Assembly (NCBI GenBank): GCA_938028465.1
Contig: CALJAA010000006.1
Span: 14,722 to 78,721, forward strand
Origin: an uncultured Granulosicoccaceae bacterium
Lineage (GTDB): Bacteria > Pseudomonadota > Gammaproteobacteria > Granulosicoccales > Granulosicoccaceae
Direction of reading: 5' to 3'
Length of the DNA: 64,000 nucleotides
This document shows, piece by piece, positions 1 through 10,900 of the stretch. The notes under the pieces were generated by a model. It was not told the DNA's origin, did not search any database, and saw nothing but the letters and a program-made list of their open reading frames with translations. Positions within the stretch are counted from its first letter, which is position 1, and each line of letters starts with the position of its first letter. Position numbers and translations under genes: made by a program.

Positions 1-290
1 TACTTTTCCGGGTTGGCCGTAAAGAGATCTAGGTTCTCTTGACTGGAAAAAAGCCAAGTCGCTCCCTTATGTTCTAGTGAGAAATTCTTTGATCCTTCCT
101 TGGGACCGCCATCTTGGAAGTAACTCACTGCATCATAGCCACTAACCGCTTTGTTATTAAAGAATGAAGTGTATATCGCGTCTTTCGCATAACTTGGCGA
201 TGAAATTACCGAGCTTGCAGCTATACCAAGGAGAAGATTGGTTTTTAAAAATTGACGACGCGTAGCTTTTAGGTTGGTCAGATCCGTCAT
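1..290 (-). CDS. YHS-domain protein with Tat-like signal peptide (runs off window start)
   Basis: Not in ORF track. Manual translation from ATG 290: MTDLTNLKATRRQFLK...NKAVSGYDAVSYF...HKGATWLFSSQENLDLFTANPEK. GYDxVxYF and WxFSSxxNxxxFxxNPEK are YHS-family motifs; RRQFLK is twin-arginine-like. Confidence 0.85.
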   Translation of the reverse strand, partial: MTDLTNLKATRRQFLKTNLLLGIAASSVISSPSYAKDAIYTSFFNNKAVSGYDAVSYFQDGGPKEGSKNFSLEHKGATWLFSSQENLDLFTANPEK

Positions 291-293
291 AGT

Positions 294-1169
294 TTACTCA
301 ACTCGGTTACTTGTGATGGTACTTTGAGGTGCCGGTTTTGGATTAGTTCCATACCGTTGTTGATGTTCTAGATAGACACTTTCAGCTAGGTCGGTGCGGT
401 CCGTCACAATTCCGTCAACACCTGCTTGCAGCAAGCGCTTCATCACCACTGGATCATTTATTGTCCAATACATTACCGGCAAATTGTGTTGATGTAAAAA
501 GCCGATAAAACCGCGAGTGGCCAGTGGTAGGCCACGATAATAGCGTGGTATTTGCAGCACATTGAAAGCCAGCTTTGTTGCCGTTGACTGCTCGCCACCG
601 ACGCCTGTTTTAGCTAAGCAAAATTTTACATAAAGCTTGGCGACTTCTTGTTGTGTGGCTGCAGTGGACATCATAGGTGCGTATTGTCTAAAAGCCTGAA
701 TGGTCTCAGCGTGAAAGCTACCAACGTTCACACGGTGAGCGCTATCGGTCTTGGTTAGAAGTTGTGCAATCGTTTTTGCTGCAGTATCGTTCTTGTCTTT
801 TATATCGATGTTAATGTTGGTGTTGGGGTAGGCCAACAGTAATTCATCGAGGGTGATGAATTCTTCGCCTTGATCTCGAAAAGATTTCCCCGTCAAGTCA
901 CTGAATCGATACGCGGCATCTAATCTTTTTAGTTCTGCCAAGGTGAAATCGATTACTCGCCCAGTGCCATTGCTGGTTCGATCGACAGTGTCGTCATGAG
1001 TCACGATGATTTGCCGGTCACGACTCAGACGAACATCGATTTCAAGTACGTCGCTACCGTGGCTTAGTGCCAAATCGAATGCCGAGCGCGTGTTTTCAGG
1101 CGCGAGCAATCTGCTGCCACGATGAGCTAAAAGCAGAGGTTTGTTGGGCATGTTATTCGTGGTGAACAT
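294..1169 (-). CDS. Glycerophosphodiester phosphodiesterase (GDPD family)
   Basis: AHRG...PENT, EIDV, HDxTxDRT, NIDIK, WTIND, GVDGIVTD motifs. Confidence 0.93.
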   Translation of the reverse strand: MFTTNNMPNKPLLLAHRGSRLLAPENTRSAFDLALSHGSDVLEIDVRLSRDRQIIVTHDDTVDRTSNGTGRVIDFTLAELKRLDAAYRFSDLTGKSFRDQGEEFITLDELLLAYPNTNINIDIKDKNDTAAKTIAQLLTKTDSAHRVNVGSFHAETIQAFRQYAPMMSTAATQQEVAKLYVKFCLAKTGVGGEQSTATKLAFNVLQIPRYYRGLPLATRGFIGFLHQHNLPVMYWTINDPVVMKRLLQAGVDGIVTDRTDLAESVYLEHQQRYGTNPKPAPQSTITSNRVE

Positions 1170-1313
1170 GAGCGTGTATTATGCTCTCCTGCGCCGGTGT
1201 TGGCTTTATTGCGTGAATATTCATTAATATGCCGCTACCTTTGTTGCGCGGCTGCGCGTACGAATCTACACTCCTAACGTCGAAACGGAACTGAACTGAA
1301 GGGTATCTCCAAA

Positions 1314-1991
1314 GTGAACACAATTTCAATGGCTCGCGATATGACACATAACTTAGCTGGTAAGCGCGCATTCGCGCTCTGTTTGAGTATTTTGGTAACA
1401 ATATGTGCCGCTACCTACACATCTGTGACTACCGCTCAAGGCCTAAAGTTAGGTGGTGATACCGAAGAAACGGCAGCTCCCAAGATAGACCTAGGCGCTA
1501 AGAAGCCTGAGGTACGGCCTAAAAAGGCTGAGGCTGCCAATCCTCAAAACGGCACTAACAACCCCAAAGCCACTAAATATGGTTCATGGGAAGTCGCCTG
1601 CAGCCCGCAAGGCGATAATTGCGCCATGGCCCAAATCGGTAAAGATTCCAGTGGCACACCGGTACTTGAAATGGTTGTCCGCAAATTGAAGGAGCCTCTA
1701 GAAGCTGATGGCCGTACAGCAACTGCTGTGCTGGATATCATCACTCCATTAGGGGTTGTGTTGACATCAGGATTATCGTTGCAAATTGATAGTGGTACTG
1801 AAGAGGCTGCACCATTCCAAATATGCACTGAGCAAGGGTGTTTGGTAAGAGAGCCGGTTGATGACGGTTTAATTGGTCGCCTAAAAGCGGGTGGTAATGC
1901 GAAGATTACTGTCGTGGCAGCCAACCAAGGAGATGTATCCTCCACCATCTCACTGAGTGGTTTTACCAAGGCCTTCAATTCACTCCGTTAA
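1314..1991 (+). CDS. Invasion-associated locus B (IalB) family protein
   Basis: Signal peptide; YGSWEVAC, PLGVxLxxG, PFQICxxxGC, ISLSGFTKAF. Confidence 0.88.
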   Translation: MNTISMARDMTHNLAGKRAFALCLSILVTICAATYTSVTTAQGLKLGGDTEETAAPKIDLGAKKPEVRPKKAEAANPQNGTNNPKATKYGSWEVACSPQGDNCAMAQIGKDSSGTPVLEMVVRKLKEPLEADGRTATAVLDIITPLGVVLTSGLSLQIDSGTEEAAPFQICTEQGCLVREPVDDGLIGRLKAGGNAKITVVAANQGDVSSTISLSGFTKAFNSLR

Positions 1992-2001
1992 TTGAAGTGT
2001 T

Positions 2002-2880
2002 TTAAACCTCGAGAATTGGTACCCCGAAAAATTCTGCCTGCGGTTTAGATGCCGGGGCAGTCGCGCGTGTGTTGTCGTCAAAATTGTAAAGCGTGTTGTC
2101 TAATAGATGAGATGGAACAACTTGAGTCAGCGCCGTTAGCATTGAGGCAATTCTACTGGGATCCTCTTTTTCCCATTGCTGCAGCAGCTGCTTCATTGCA
2201 GCGCGTTGTAAGTTTGGTTGCGAGCCACAAAGATTGCACGGAATTATCGGAAACTGCTGCTGAGTAGAGTAGTGCTCAATGTCTTTTTCGCGACAGTAAA
2301 CTAAGGGTCTTATGACTACGTGCTCTCCGTTATCGGAATGCAATTTTGCAGGCATGGATTTCATAACGCCGCCGTGAAATAAATTCAACAATAGTGTTTC
2401 AAGTAGATCATCTGCATGGTGGCCTAAAGCAATTTTGGTTGCACCTAACCGATTTGCTGTGCGGTATAGAATCCCGCGCCGTAGCCTGGAGCACAAGCCA
2501 CAGGTGGTTTTTCCTTCAGGTATTTTATCGATGACGATACTGTAGGTATCTTCCTCTACAATCTCGTAGGCTACCTTTTTACTGGCTAAGTATTCTGGCA
2601 ATACGTGTTCAGGAAACCCGGGTTGTTTTTGATCTAGATTGACAGCGACTATTTCAAAGTCGATAGGGGCTACTCGTTGCGAATGCAAGAGTAGGTCGAG
2701 CATGGTGTAGCTGTCTTTGCCGCCAGATAGGCAGACCATGATTTTGTCACCAGCTTCTATTAAATTAAAATCCGCAATTGCCTTGCCATGATCCCGGCGC
2801 AGTCGCTTGAATACACTGGTGTCTGTTTTCGATGTTGTATTCATTCGGTTTTGGATTATCGCTTTTTGTTGTTGATTCAC
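2002..2880 (-). CDS. ttcA: tRNA 2-thiocytidine(32) synthetase TtcA
   Basis: SGGKDS PP-loop, [25 protein letters not shown]. Confidence 0.96.
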   Translation of the reverse strand: MNQQQKAIIQNRMNTTSKTDTSVFKRLRRDHGKAIADFNLIEAGDKIMVCLSGGKDSYTMLDLLLHSQRVAPIDFEIVAVNLDQKQPGFPEHVLPEYLASKKVAYEIVEEDTYSIVIDKIPEGKTTCGLCSRLRRGILYRTANRLGATKIALGHHADDLLETLLLNLFHGGVMKSMPAKLHSDNGEHVVIRPLVYCREKDIEHYSTQQQFPIIPCNLCGSQPNLQRAAMKQLLQQWEKEDPSRIASMLTALTQVVPSHLLDNTLYNFDDNTRATAPASKPQAEFFGVPILEV

Positions 2881-3144
2881 GAGATTGCCGACGTAATCCC
2901 CTCAGTATAAAGCAATAAAGCAGCGCGCCGTCGGTCTGGCCAATCTACGTGCAGCACTGCGTTTCGCTATCAACGAAGCGACCTTTGAGGCAGCGTTACT
3001 GCGCCTTGTTTGCTACATATGTGGTTAATATCATTAAGAATCACTCAAAAACGACTGTTAAGGCTGACAAGCTTTTGAGTGGGTGTTTATATTGCTGGTG
3101 AGTGTTTTATTCGACTCGTGGACCATGCAGAGTGATAGGCAGCC

Positions 3145-3777
3145 ATGAACATACTTTTAGTAGATCGATACCCACTTTTTAGAGAAGGGCTCACAACTCG
3201 ACTCAAAGCAAGTTACCCGCAAACCTTACGTATCATCGAAACAACAAGCGTTGTCGAAGCACGGCGTTCATTATCGTCTAACACCTTTGATCTGATTTTG
3301 CTGGATCTGCAGCTTGACGACACACATGGTGTAGATTCGTTGATCTGCATCAAGCGGTTTGCTGCAAGCTGCCCGATAGTTGTTTTAACGGCAGATGATG
3401 AGCAATCAACGACAAAGTTATGCATCGATAACGGAGCCGTGGGTTTCTTGAGTAAACGATCATCCGTGCAAAATGTACTCCACGGGATTCAACAGGCGTT
3501 AACAGGGCAGTCGCTTAGCCCTATACCGCCTTTGATGCCCGAACAGTACGATCAGTCCATCGCAGATGACTCTATTCTGCTTCACCTGTCAAAGCGACAG
3601 CGGGAAGTACTCAATTTGCTACTCCAGGGCAAACCTAATAAGTCTATTTCGACCCACATGGATATCTCTCAAAACACGGTGAAAGCTCATCTTTCCGCCA
3701 TATTTAAGGTTTTGGGCGCTAGTAATCGTACTGAAGTAGTCTATTTTGCAGCGCGAGCCGGGCTGCCCTTGGAGTAG
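3145..3777 (+). CDS. NarL/LuxR-family response regulator (no adjacent kinase)
   Basis: REC domain (DLILLD, FLSK) plus LuxR HTH (LSKRQREVL...NTVKAHLSAIFKVLG). Confidence 0.92.
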   Translation: MNILLVDRYPLFREGLTTRLKASYPQTLRIIETTSVVEARRSLSSNTFDLILLDLQLDDTHGVDSLICIKRFAASCPIVVLTADDEQSTTKLCIDNGAVGFLSKRSSVQNVLHGIQQALTGQSLSPIPPLMPEQYDQSIADDSILLHLSKRQREVLNLLLQGKPNKSISTHMDISQNTVKAHLSAIFKVLGASNRTEVVYFAARAGLPLE

Positions 3778-3964
3778 GCTAAGGGCTATTTTCGCTGCCC
3801 AGAGGAGGCTGTGAAATGAGTACAGCGCCACAATCAGCATCATTTCTACACCTTGGTATCAAGCGCAGTAGCCTGCTGGCGCTACGTCCAGCTTCGCTGC
3901 TGTCCCATAGTCGGGCTTAAATTACCGGGAAAGGCCGGTTGGCTAGTGTTTGTAGAGGTTAATC

Positions 3965-5347
3965 ATGAACCAAGAAGTGACTGAAAAAGACGGCAAAGAA
4001 CTAATCGAAATTGATCGTGCTCATGTTTGGCACCACCTGACCCCACATAAACCGCTTGAAGAAAAAGACCCTATGGTCATTGTAAAGGGTAAGGGCATGC
4101 GCGTAACAGATGCGCATGGCAAAGAATACCTTGATGCGGTTTCAGGAGCTGTTTGGACAGTCAACGTTGGCTACGGCCGTGAAAGCATTGCTAATGCGGT
4201 GCGAGATCAGTTGGTCGATATGTGTTATTTCGCCGCATCTGCTGGCAACATCCCGGGTATTAAGTTTGCTGAGCAGTTGCTCGACAAGATGCCTGGAATG
4301 AGTCGAGTTTATTATTCAAACTCAGGTTCAGAAGCTAACGAAAAAGCCTACAAGATGGTTCGTCAAATCGCGGCAAAAGAAAACGGTGGCAAGAAGCACA
4401 AGATTCTTTATCGTGACCGCGACTATCACGGCACGACTATCACAGCATTGAGTTCTGGTGGACAAAACGAGCGTAGAGATCAATACGGACCCTATACTCC
4501 AGGTTTTGTTGAAGTACCTCATTGTTGTGAGTACAGAAGCCAGTACGCCGATAATACTGATTACGGCGTTAAGGTTGCTCGCGAAATCGAGAAAGTTATC
4601 TTGGCAGAAGATCCAGACACGGTAGGTTCAATTGTTCTTGAGCCAATCACCGCCGGTGGTGGTGTCATCACTCCGCCAGAAGGTTACTTTGAAACTGTTC
4701 AGGAAATCTGCACCAAGTATGGTTTGCTATTGCACATGGACGAAGTGGTTTGTGGCCTTGGACGAACAGGCACCTGGTTTGGTTACCAGCACTATGGTAT
4801 CAAGCCTGATATTGTCACCATGGCAAAAGGTGTGGCAAGTGGTTACGCCGCTATTGCTTGTACTGTCACTACTGAAGAAGTCTTTAATAAATTCAAAGAA
4901 GACGATTCCAAAATGGGTTATTTCCGGGATATCAGCACGTTTGGTGGCTGTGCAGCGGGACCAGCGGCAGCACTTGAGAATATGCGCATCATCGAAGAAG
5001 AAAATCTTTTAGCTAACACTACTGAGATGGGTGAGTACTTGATGGAGAAGCTGCGAGGCCTACAAAACAAGTACAAAGTCGTCGGTGATGTTCGTGGTAA
5101 AGGGCTTTTTTGCGGAATGGAATTCGTCAAGGATCGCCAAACTAAAGAACCTATTGACGAAGAGATGCTGGTTAAAATCGCGGCAGATTGTTCTGCTCAA
5201 GGCGTTATCATTGGGCGTACCAATCGTAGTATTACTGGTTTGAACAACACGCTTTGCTTAAGTCCGGCACTGATCTGTAATACTGATGACATCGATGAGA
5301 TCGTTACTGCTATTGACAACGCAATGGCTAAGCACGCCATTATCTAA
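3965..5347 (+). CDS. tpa: Class III PLP aminotransferase, probable taurine:pyruvate aminotransferase
   Basis: NSGSEANEK, DYHG, DEVVCGLGRTG, AKGVASGY, FRDISTFGGC and GRTNRS motifs resemble Tpa enzymes. Confidence 0.8.
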   Translation: MNQEVTEKDGKELIEIDRAHVWHHLTPHKPLEEKDPMVIVKGKGMRVTDAHGKEYLDAVSGAVWTVNVGYGRESIANAVRDQLVDMCYFAASAGNIPGIKFAEQLLDKMPGMSRVYYSNSGSEANEKAYKMVRQIAAKENGGKKHKILYRDRDYHGTTITALSSGGQNERRDQYGPYTPGFVEVPHCCEYRSQYADNTDYGVKVAREIEKVILAEDPDTVGSIVLEPITAGGGVITPPEGYFETVQEICTKYGLLLHMDEVVCGLGRTGTWFGYQHYGIKPDIVTMAKGVASGYAAIACTVTTEEVFNKFKEDDSKMGYFRDISTFGGCAAGPAAALENMRIIEEENLLANTTEMGEYLMEKLRGLQNKYKVVGDVRGKGLFCGMEFVKDRQTKEPIDEEMLVKIAADCSAQGVIIGRTNRSITGLNNTLCLSPALICNTDDIDEIVTAIDNAMAKHAII

Positions 5348-5448
5348 ACCGAATCAAAGCGTGTTTCTCGTAAAGAGATGTAAGCGGTTAGTTAAGGCCG
5401 TCTAGCGCATCGGTAAAGCGTCAGCCACACTTGTCGTCATGATTTCTC

Positions 5449-5808
5449 ATGGAGACAGACATGCCCTCAAAGTCGATTACAAAGCGCCAACAGTTCTGGC
5501 GTGACCATGTCCTAGCAGCTGCGGCATACGAAGGCTCCATCGTCAAGTACGCTAAAGCCCATAGCCTAAAAACCAAGGACATCTACCAATGGAAAACTGC
5601 GCTCACCAAGCGCGGATTATTACCAGCCGACAAAGCCCCTGCGTCGAATGATTTTATTGCCGTACAGCCTGTAGTGCCGGTTGCAATTGGTGATCAAACA
5701 GAGATGACTTGTCGCCTCACTCTCACCTGTGGTGTTGTGCTTGAGTTTTTCGCCCCTCTGGATAGTGCAGTTTTACCAACACTGTTTGCAGCGATACAAC
5801 GCAACTGA
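5449..5808 (+). CDS. tnpA: IS66 accessory protein TnpA (HTH-like)
   Basis: RQQFWRDHV...SIVKYAKAH...IYQWK, C-terminal FIAV beta segment; first ORF after left IR. Confidence 0.85.
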   Translation: METDMPSKSITKRQQFWRDHVLAAAAYEGSIVKYAKAHSLKTKDIYQWKTALTKRGLLPADKAPASNDFIAVQPVVPVAIGDQTEMTCRLTLTCGVVLEFFAPLDSAVLPTLFAAIQRN

Positions 5809-6167
5809 TGTTACGACCCACTGCTGAGTCCGGTACGGTTTATTTGTATCGCAAACCTGTGGACATGCGCAAAGCCATTAATGGTTTAGTGTCGATTGTC
5901 GAAGGCCAGATGTCACTCGATCCGTTTAGCTCCCAGTTGTTCGTCTTCTGTAATAACAACCGCTCCATCGTTAAATGCGTTTATTGGGAAGGTAATGGTT
6001 TTGCTCTGTGGATGAAACGATTGGAGAAATCTCGATTCCAATGGCCAACCCAGTTACCGACGGATGTGATTGACTTAAACGCTCAACAAATTAATTGGCT
6101 CTTTGACGGTTATGATTTAACTCTGCTGCAGGGTCATTCACTATTACCGCATCACACTGTATTATAG
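5808..6167 (+). CDS. tnpB: IS66 accessory protein TnpB (not the IS605 RNA-guided TnpB)
   Basis: VYLYRKPVDMRKAINGL, LFVFCN, WEGNGFALWMKRLEKSRFQWP. Confidence 0.96.
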   Translation: MLRPTAESGTVYLYRKPVDMRKAINGLVSIVEGQMSLDPFSSQLFVFCNNNRSIVKCVYWEGNGFALWMKRLEKSRFQWPTQLPTDVIDLNAQQINWLFDGYDLTLLQGHSLLPHHTVL

Positions 6168-6202
6168 TGGATTCAATAGTGCTAATACACTATAATACAA
6201 AC

Positions 6203-7765
6203 ATGAAAAGTGATTCTGATTCCACCCCTTTGGACATCAATGAACTGACCAGTTTAGTTAAAAAGCTGCGCAAACAAGTCACACATCAATCGTTATTTAT
6301 TGACCAACTACTCGAACAAATCAAACTCGCTCGACATCACCGATTCGGTGTTAAGAGCGAACACATCTCTCCTGATCAGCTGCGTTTGTTATTAGAGGAC
6401 GAACAATCGCAGAAACAGACTAAACCAGAAAAAAAGCCGCAAGATCTTGCAGAACCACCAGCAACATCTAAGCGACACAAACGAGGCCGACGCCAATTGC
6501 CCGATCATCTGCCCCGTGTGGAGGTAGAGCACACGCTCGATGATCAGTCGTGCCAGTGTGAACACTGCCAAGCCAAGATGGATCCATTGAGTCAGAAAAT
6601 CTCCGAGCAACTCGATATCATTCCTGCACAGGTACGTGTGATTCGTCATCTTCGACAGACGTATCGTTGTGCACATTGCGAAGCATCGTTCGTCACCACC
6701 CCGATGCCGCCTCAACCGATCCCAGGCAGCAATGCCACACCAAGCACATTGACGTACCTGATCATCGCCAAATACCTCGAAGGCATGCCGCTGTACCGCT
6801 TAGAACGACAACTTGAGCGTAACGGAATGCCGTTACCTCGATCCACACTGGCCCATTGGATGATTCAGAGCGGTCAGCTCATTCAACCGCTGATCAACCT
6901 AATGCGAGAACACCTGCTGAGCTACGACATTGTCGCGATGGACGAATCGCGTTATCAAGTGCTCAGAGAAGACGGCAAAACAGCGCAAAGTCAATCTTAT
7001 ATCTGGGTACAACGTGGCGGCCCACCAGACACACCGATAATTCTCTATGACTATGATCCGAGTCGAAGCCAAGAGGTGCCCATACGCCTACTCGATGGAT
7101 TCAAAGGCTATTTGCAAACCGATGCATACGAAGGCTATGCGCCTGTGTGCCGACAAAATGGGCTCACTTCAGTGGGCTGTATGGCACACGCTCGGCGAAA
7201 GTTCGATGAAGCACTGAAAGCGCAAAGCGCCATCGATCCGGAAAAGCAACGCAGCACATTGGCCGCAACGGCGTTGAAGTACATTCAAACGCTGTACCGG
7301 ATTGAACGAGATATCAAATTGTTATCGGCAGAGACAATACAACAAGCACGGCAATCTAGATCAGTCCCCGTACTTGACGAACTCAGAGATTGGCTTGATA
7401 TCAATCTGCTAGTCGTTCCGCCAAAATCAGCGCTAGGCAAGGCCATAAATTATCTGCACAAACAATGGGACAAGTTAACGGTCTACACCACCGATGGACG
7501 ACTGCGCATCGATAATAATCTGACCGAGAATGCTGTTAGACCCTTCGTGATGGGAAGAAAGGCATGGCTCTTCGCCAACTCCGTTGCCGGTGCTAACGCG
7601 AGTGCTAACCTATACTCTTTAGTAGAAACGGCTAAAGCGAATGGTCATGAACCTTATGCTTATATCAAGAAAGTATTGACTGAATTGCCAGCGGCTAATA
7701 CATTAGAAGACATTGAACGGCTATTGCCGTTCAACCTGAAGCCGGCGGTAATCAATGCAGCTTAA
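6203..7765 (+). CDS. tnpC: IS66 DDE transposase TnpC (ATG 6203 preferred; ORF opens at 6167)
   Basis: RFGVKSE zipper, CxxC...CxxC zinc finger, MDES, LQTDAYEGY, CMAHARRKF, IDNNLTENAVRP, YSLVETAK. Confidence 0.97.
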   Translation: MKSDSDSTPLDINELTSLVKKLRKQVTHQSLFIDQLLEQIKLARHHRFGVKSEHISPDQLRLLLEDEQSQKQTKPEKKPQDLAEPPATSKRHKRGRRQLPDHLPRVEVEHTLDDQSCQCEHCQAKMDPLSQKISEQLDIIPAQVRVIRHLRQTYRCAHCEASFVTTPMPPQPIPGSNATPSTLTYLIIAKYLEGMPLYRLERQLERNGMPLPRSTLAHWMIQSGQLIQPLINLMREHLLSYDIVAMDESRYQVLREDGKTAQSQSYIWVQRGGPPDTPIILYDYDPSRSQEVPIRLLDGFKGYLQTDAYEGYAPVCRQNGLTSVGCMAHARRKFDEALKAQSAIDPEKQRSTLAATALKYIQTLYRIERDIKLLSAETIQQARQSRSVPVLDELRDWLDINLLVVPPKSALGKAINYLHKQWDKLTVYTTDGRLRIDNNLTENAVRPFVMGRKAWLFANSVAGANASANLYSLVETAKANGHEPYAYIKKVLTELPAANTLEDIERLLPFNLKPAVINAA

Positions 7766-7963
7766 AATGCTAACTAACCGCTTACGAAGGAACATGATAT
7801 TCAATAATGAAGGAGGCTCCTATGCGGATCTTCCGCCACTTAGCAAAACGATGCACGATTGATAGCCACAATATGCCCACATGACTCAAACTGACTAATT
7901 TTAAGATCCCCTTATTGGATTGTCAGTTGACAACATAAGGACGCCGTCCCTGGCTTGATAGTA

Positions 7964-10900
7964 CTACTTCTTATTTTTCTTTGGTTTATCAGCTTTCGAC
8001 TTGTCTTCTTTCGGAAGTTTCGCGCACTTCTGAATCTGCCCTTTTTCCTTTCCGGAGATGAGCCCCGATTTTTTCAGCTTATTAGTTGCGTGCGATACGC
8101 AACGGGACAACTCGCCCTGGGTACCCGTGGGGCAGGTGTTTATTGTGTCCATGATCGAGCAGCCATTGACGGTAACAGAATTCAGAACACCGGAGTCGCA
8201 GTGAGCAATCACAACCGTTGGGGCCAAATCTGAAGCGGGGCAGGCCAAATCCATGGCATTGGCTATTCCATCCCCATCGGTGTCGTTAAACGAGTCACAA
8301 GCGTCACCCAAACTGTCGAAATCGACATCAGACTGATCTGGGTTTGCATCAGTCGGACAGTTGTCCACAGAAGTTTCGATTCCATCATCATCGATATCAT
8401 CGAACAGATCACAGGCGTCACCAATGCCATCCAGATCTACATCTGACTGGCTCGGATTAGCAAGATTCGGACAATTATCCACAACAGTTTCTATGCCGTC
8501 GTCGTCAATATCATCCAATGGATCGCAAACATCTCCGATTCCGTCACCATCGGTATCCATTTGCACGGCGTTTGAGACAAACGGGCAATTGTCAGATCTG
8601 TCCGGCACGCCATCGCTATCCCGGTCTGGTACTTCAAAATCACAGGCATCGCCAATTCCATCTCCATCAAAATCTCTCTGTGACGGGTTTGGGGAGACTG
8701 GACAATTGTCGATAGAAGAATCGATTCCATCTCCATCGAAATCGTCGAGTTGGCAAGCATCTCCAACCCCGTTATTGTCACTGTCCTCCTGAAATGGATT
8801 TGCGACATCAGGGCAGTTGTCTACTGCAGTCCAAATGCCATCCAGGTCGGGGTCGGCAAAGGGGTCCTCATTATCATCACCAGCTTCCTTCGACACCCTG
8901 AATTCGAGGCTTTCAGCCACGGCCTCACCGAGGTTGTCGGTGACCGTCACCGTTACACGGTAGAGGCCGGGAATGGTATAGAAATAATCGATTGTTGAGC
9001 GTCTTAGCCCGGAATAAATGACTGTTGATCCAGCTCCAGCGTCTCCAATAATAATGGTACCGCCATCATGGAAACTACAACTCCCCACGACAGGGCACTT
9101 TCCGATCACCCAGTTATAATTCAATGACTGAACGTCGTCATCGGTTGCCACGGCATTAAAGACCACCGGGGCGTCGATATTAAAGTTTTGTAAACCACCT
9201 GGATCAACTGACGGCAACACTTCACCACTGGCGACTAAATCCACTTCCGGAATGTCATTTGAAAAAAATCGGACAATTCGCCTACTGCCGCCATCAATCT
9301 CTGCCTGGCGTGAATTCAGGTAACGAATATCCTGACTTATAAAGCAATTTCCACTTAATTCGCAATTCGAATAATCATTCACCGCGGCATGGATAAGATG
9401 CGACTGAAATCGAAAACCATCCGGGATTTCGTCCAAAATCACCAGATGATCGGCTGATGGAACTGCCGTTACACGTGTAGCAAACAATCCGAGTTGTACC
9501 GGATCCCCAACATTCAAAGGCTCAGTGAAAGATCCAAAGAAGCTATTCAAGCACCGATATCCCTGATTGCTGTAATCCACTGGGCTATAAGGAGGGTTAG
9601 ATGGGCAATCAGCATTTATATATTCATCTGGAAACACATTTCCAACTGGCTTCATATATCGAATGTGCAGGAATCCCTCGGGAATCTTCCAGGCTGACCA
9701 ATATTCTCTATCCCAGTTCTGATAGGGAATATGAGTGCCGTAATCCATCGGGTGATCGTCGAGCTCGCGCGCAAACGAGCCATCTTCATAGAAATGCTGT
9801 CGCGTCTTGAATTTTATTTCACTACCCAGCAGTACGGTGTTGTCGTCGGCTGGACTGAAAGGATCAGAAATACCGACGCGCACCTGAGGCCCAAAACTCG
9901 CCTCAAATTCATCCAGCTTTTCAAATCGAGTCCTGGAATCTTCAGGATTTCCTGCGGTTGTGCCCGGCAAAAAATGACGATAGTCGTGGAAATCCGGATA
10001 GGTTAGTGCCATAAATTCCAGAAAGATTTCAGTGCGCCCTTCAACAGTTTCATTTGCTTCAAAAATGTCGTAGTTCGTTGCATCCGCAATCTGGCCTTCG
10101 AGTGCATCACCAACCTGTGCTATCCCAACTTGTTTTAGAATCTCAACGGCCAGAGCAGTTCCTGCCAATATCGCCGCATCATGCGGAGATGGCCCATCGT
10201 ATCCACCGATTAACATGCTGATCAGTGTGTCCATTAAAAAATCACGGAAATAATTTATTAAAAATTCCGAGCCCGCTTCAGCCGCAAGCGTACCAAATGA
10301 GTCAGCTAGATCGATGTTATCAATACTGGAAAGGTCAACGGTAACCTGTCCGGTGCGCATGCTTTCAACCATCACTATTTCAAAGGGAATGGCATGAAGA
10401 GTTGACTTGAGATATTCGTTGTAATGGACTCGCATACGATCGGTACCCATTGACCCCCAGGGGTTGATCAGGTTGAACTGTTCCAACCATTGATTGCGCT
10501 CGATATCACCGGCCGATTGAATCGCCCAGGTGGTAAATTCCGCCGACGAAGGAACCGGCGGCGGCGTTAAGCGCAATATTGGTGGTGGAAGACAGGCAGT
10601 GAAAACATCCGGTCGATTCAAATACTCATCCGGATCGCCAACAATTGGATGATAAGCACAGGGAGCAAAAAACCACTGGTCATACTCATCTTTAGCAAGT
10701 GTCGCCAGGTCTAGTTTTTTGTTCCTGATTCGACCTTCAAGCTCACTTACTAAAGCATATTTGTCACTATCGAATAGTTGGGCGATCAGGGCAACACGCC
10801 CCTCCGCCAACCAACTCATCAGATTCAGATACATTAAGGCACGAGTTTCCGCCCCTGCAGTGTGTCGCAAACGATCATCATTCGGCACCCCGAGCTGGCG

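Larger units (their letters stand above)
5380..7785 (+). mobile_element. IS66-family insertion sequence (tnpA-tnpB-tnpC)
   Basis: Left end GTAAGCGGTTAGTTA (5380-5394); perfect inverted copy TAACTAACCGCTTAC (7771-7785); three IS66 ORFs between. Confidence 0.96.

Noticed and set aside
5808-6167. TnpB as an RNA-guided nuclease
   Set aside because: 119-aa IS66 accessory protein with no RuvC motifs; name coincidence only
8361-8998. Several short ORFs overlapping the TSP3 repeats
   Set aside because: Alternative-frame shadows of the Asp/Gly-rich repeat region
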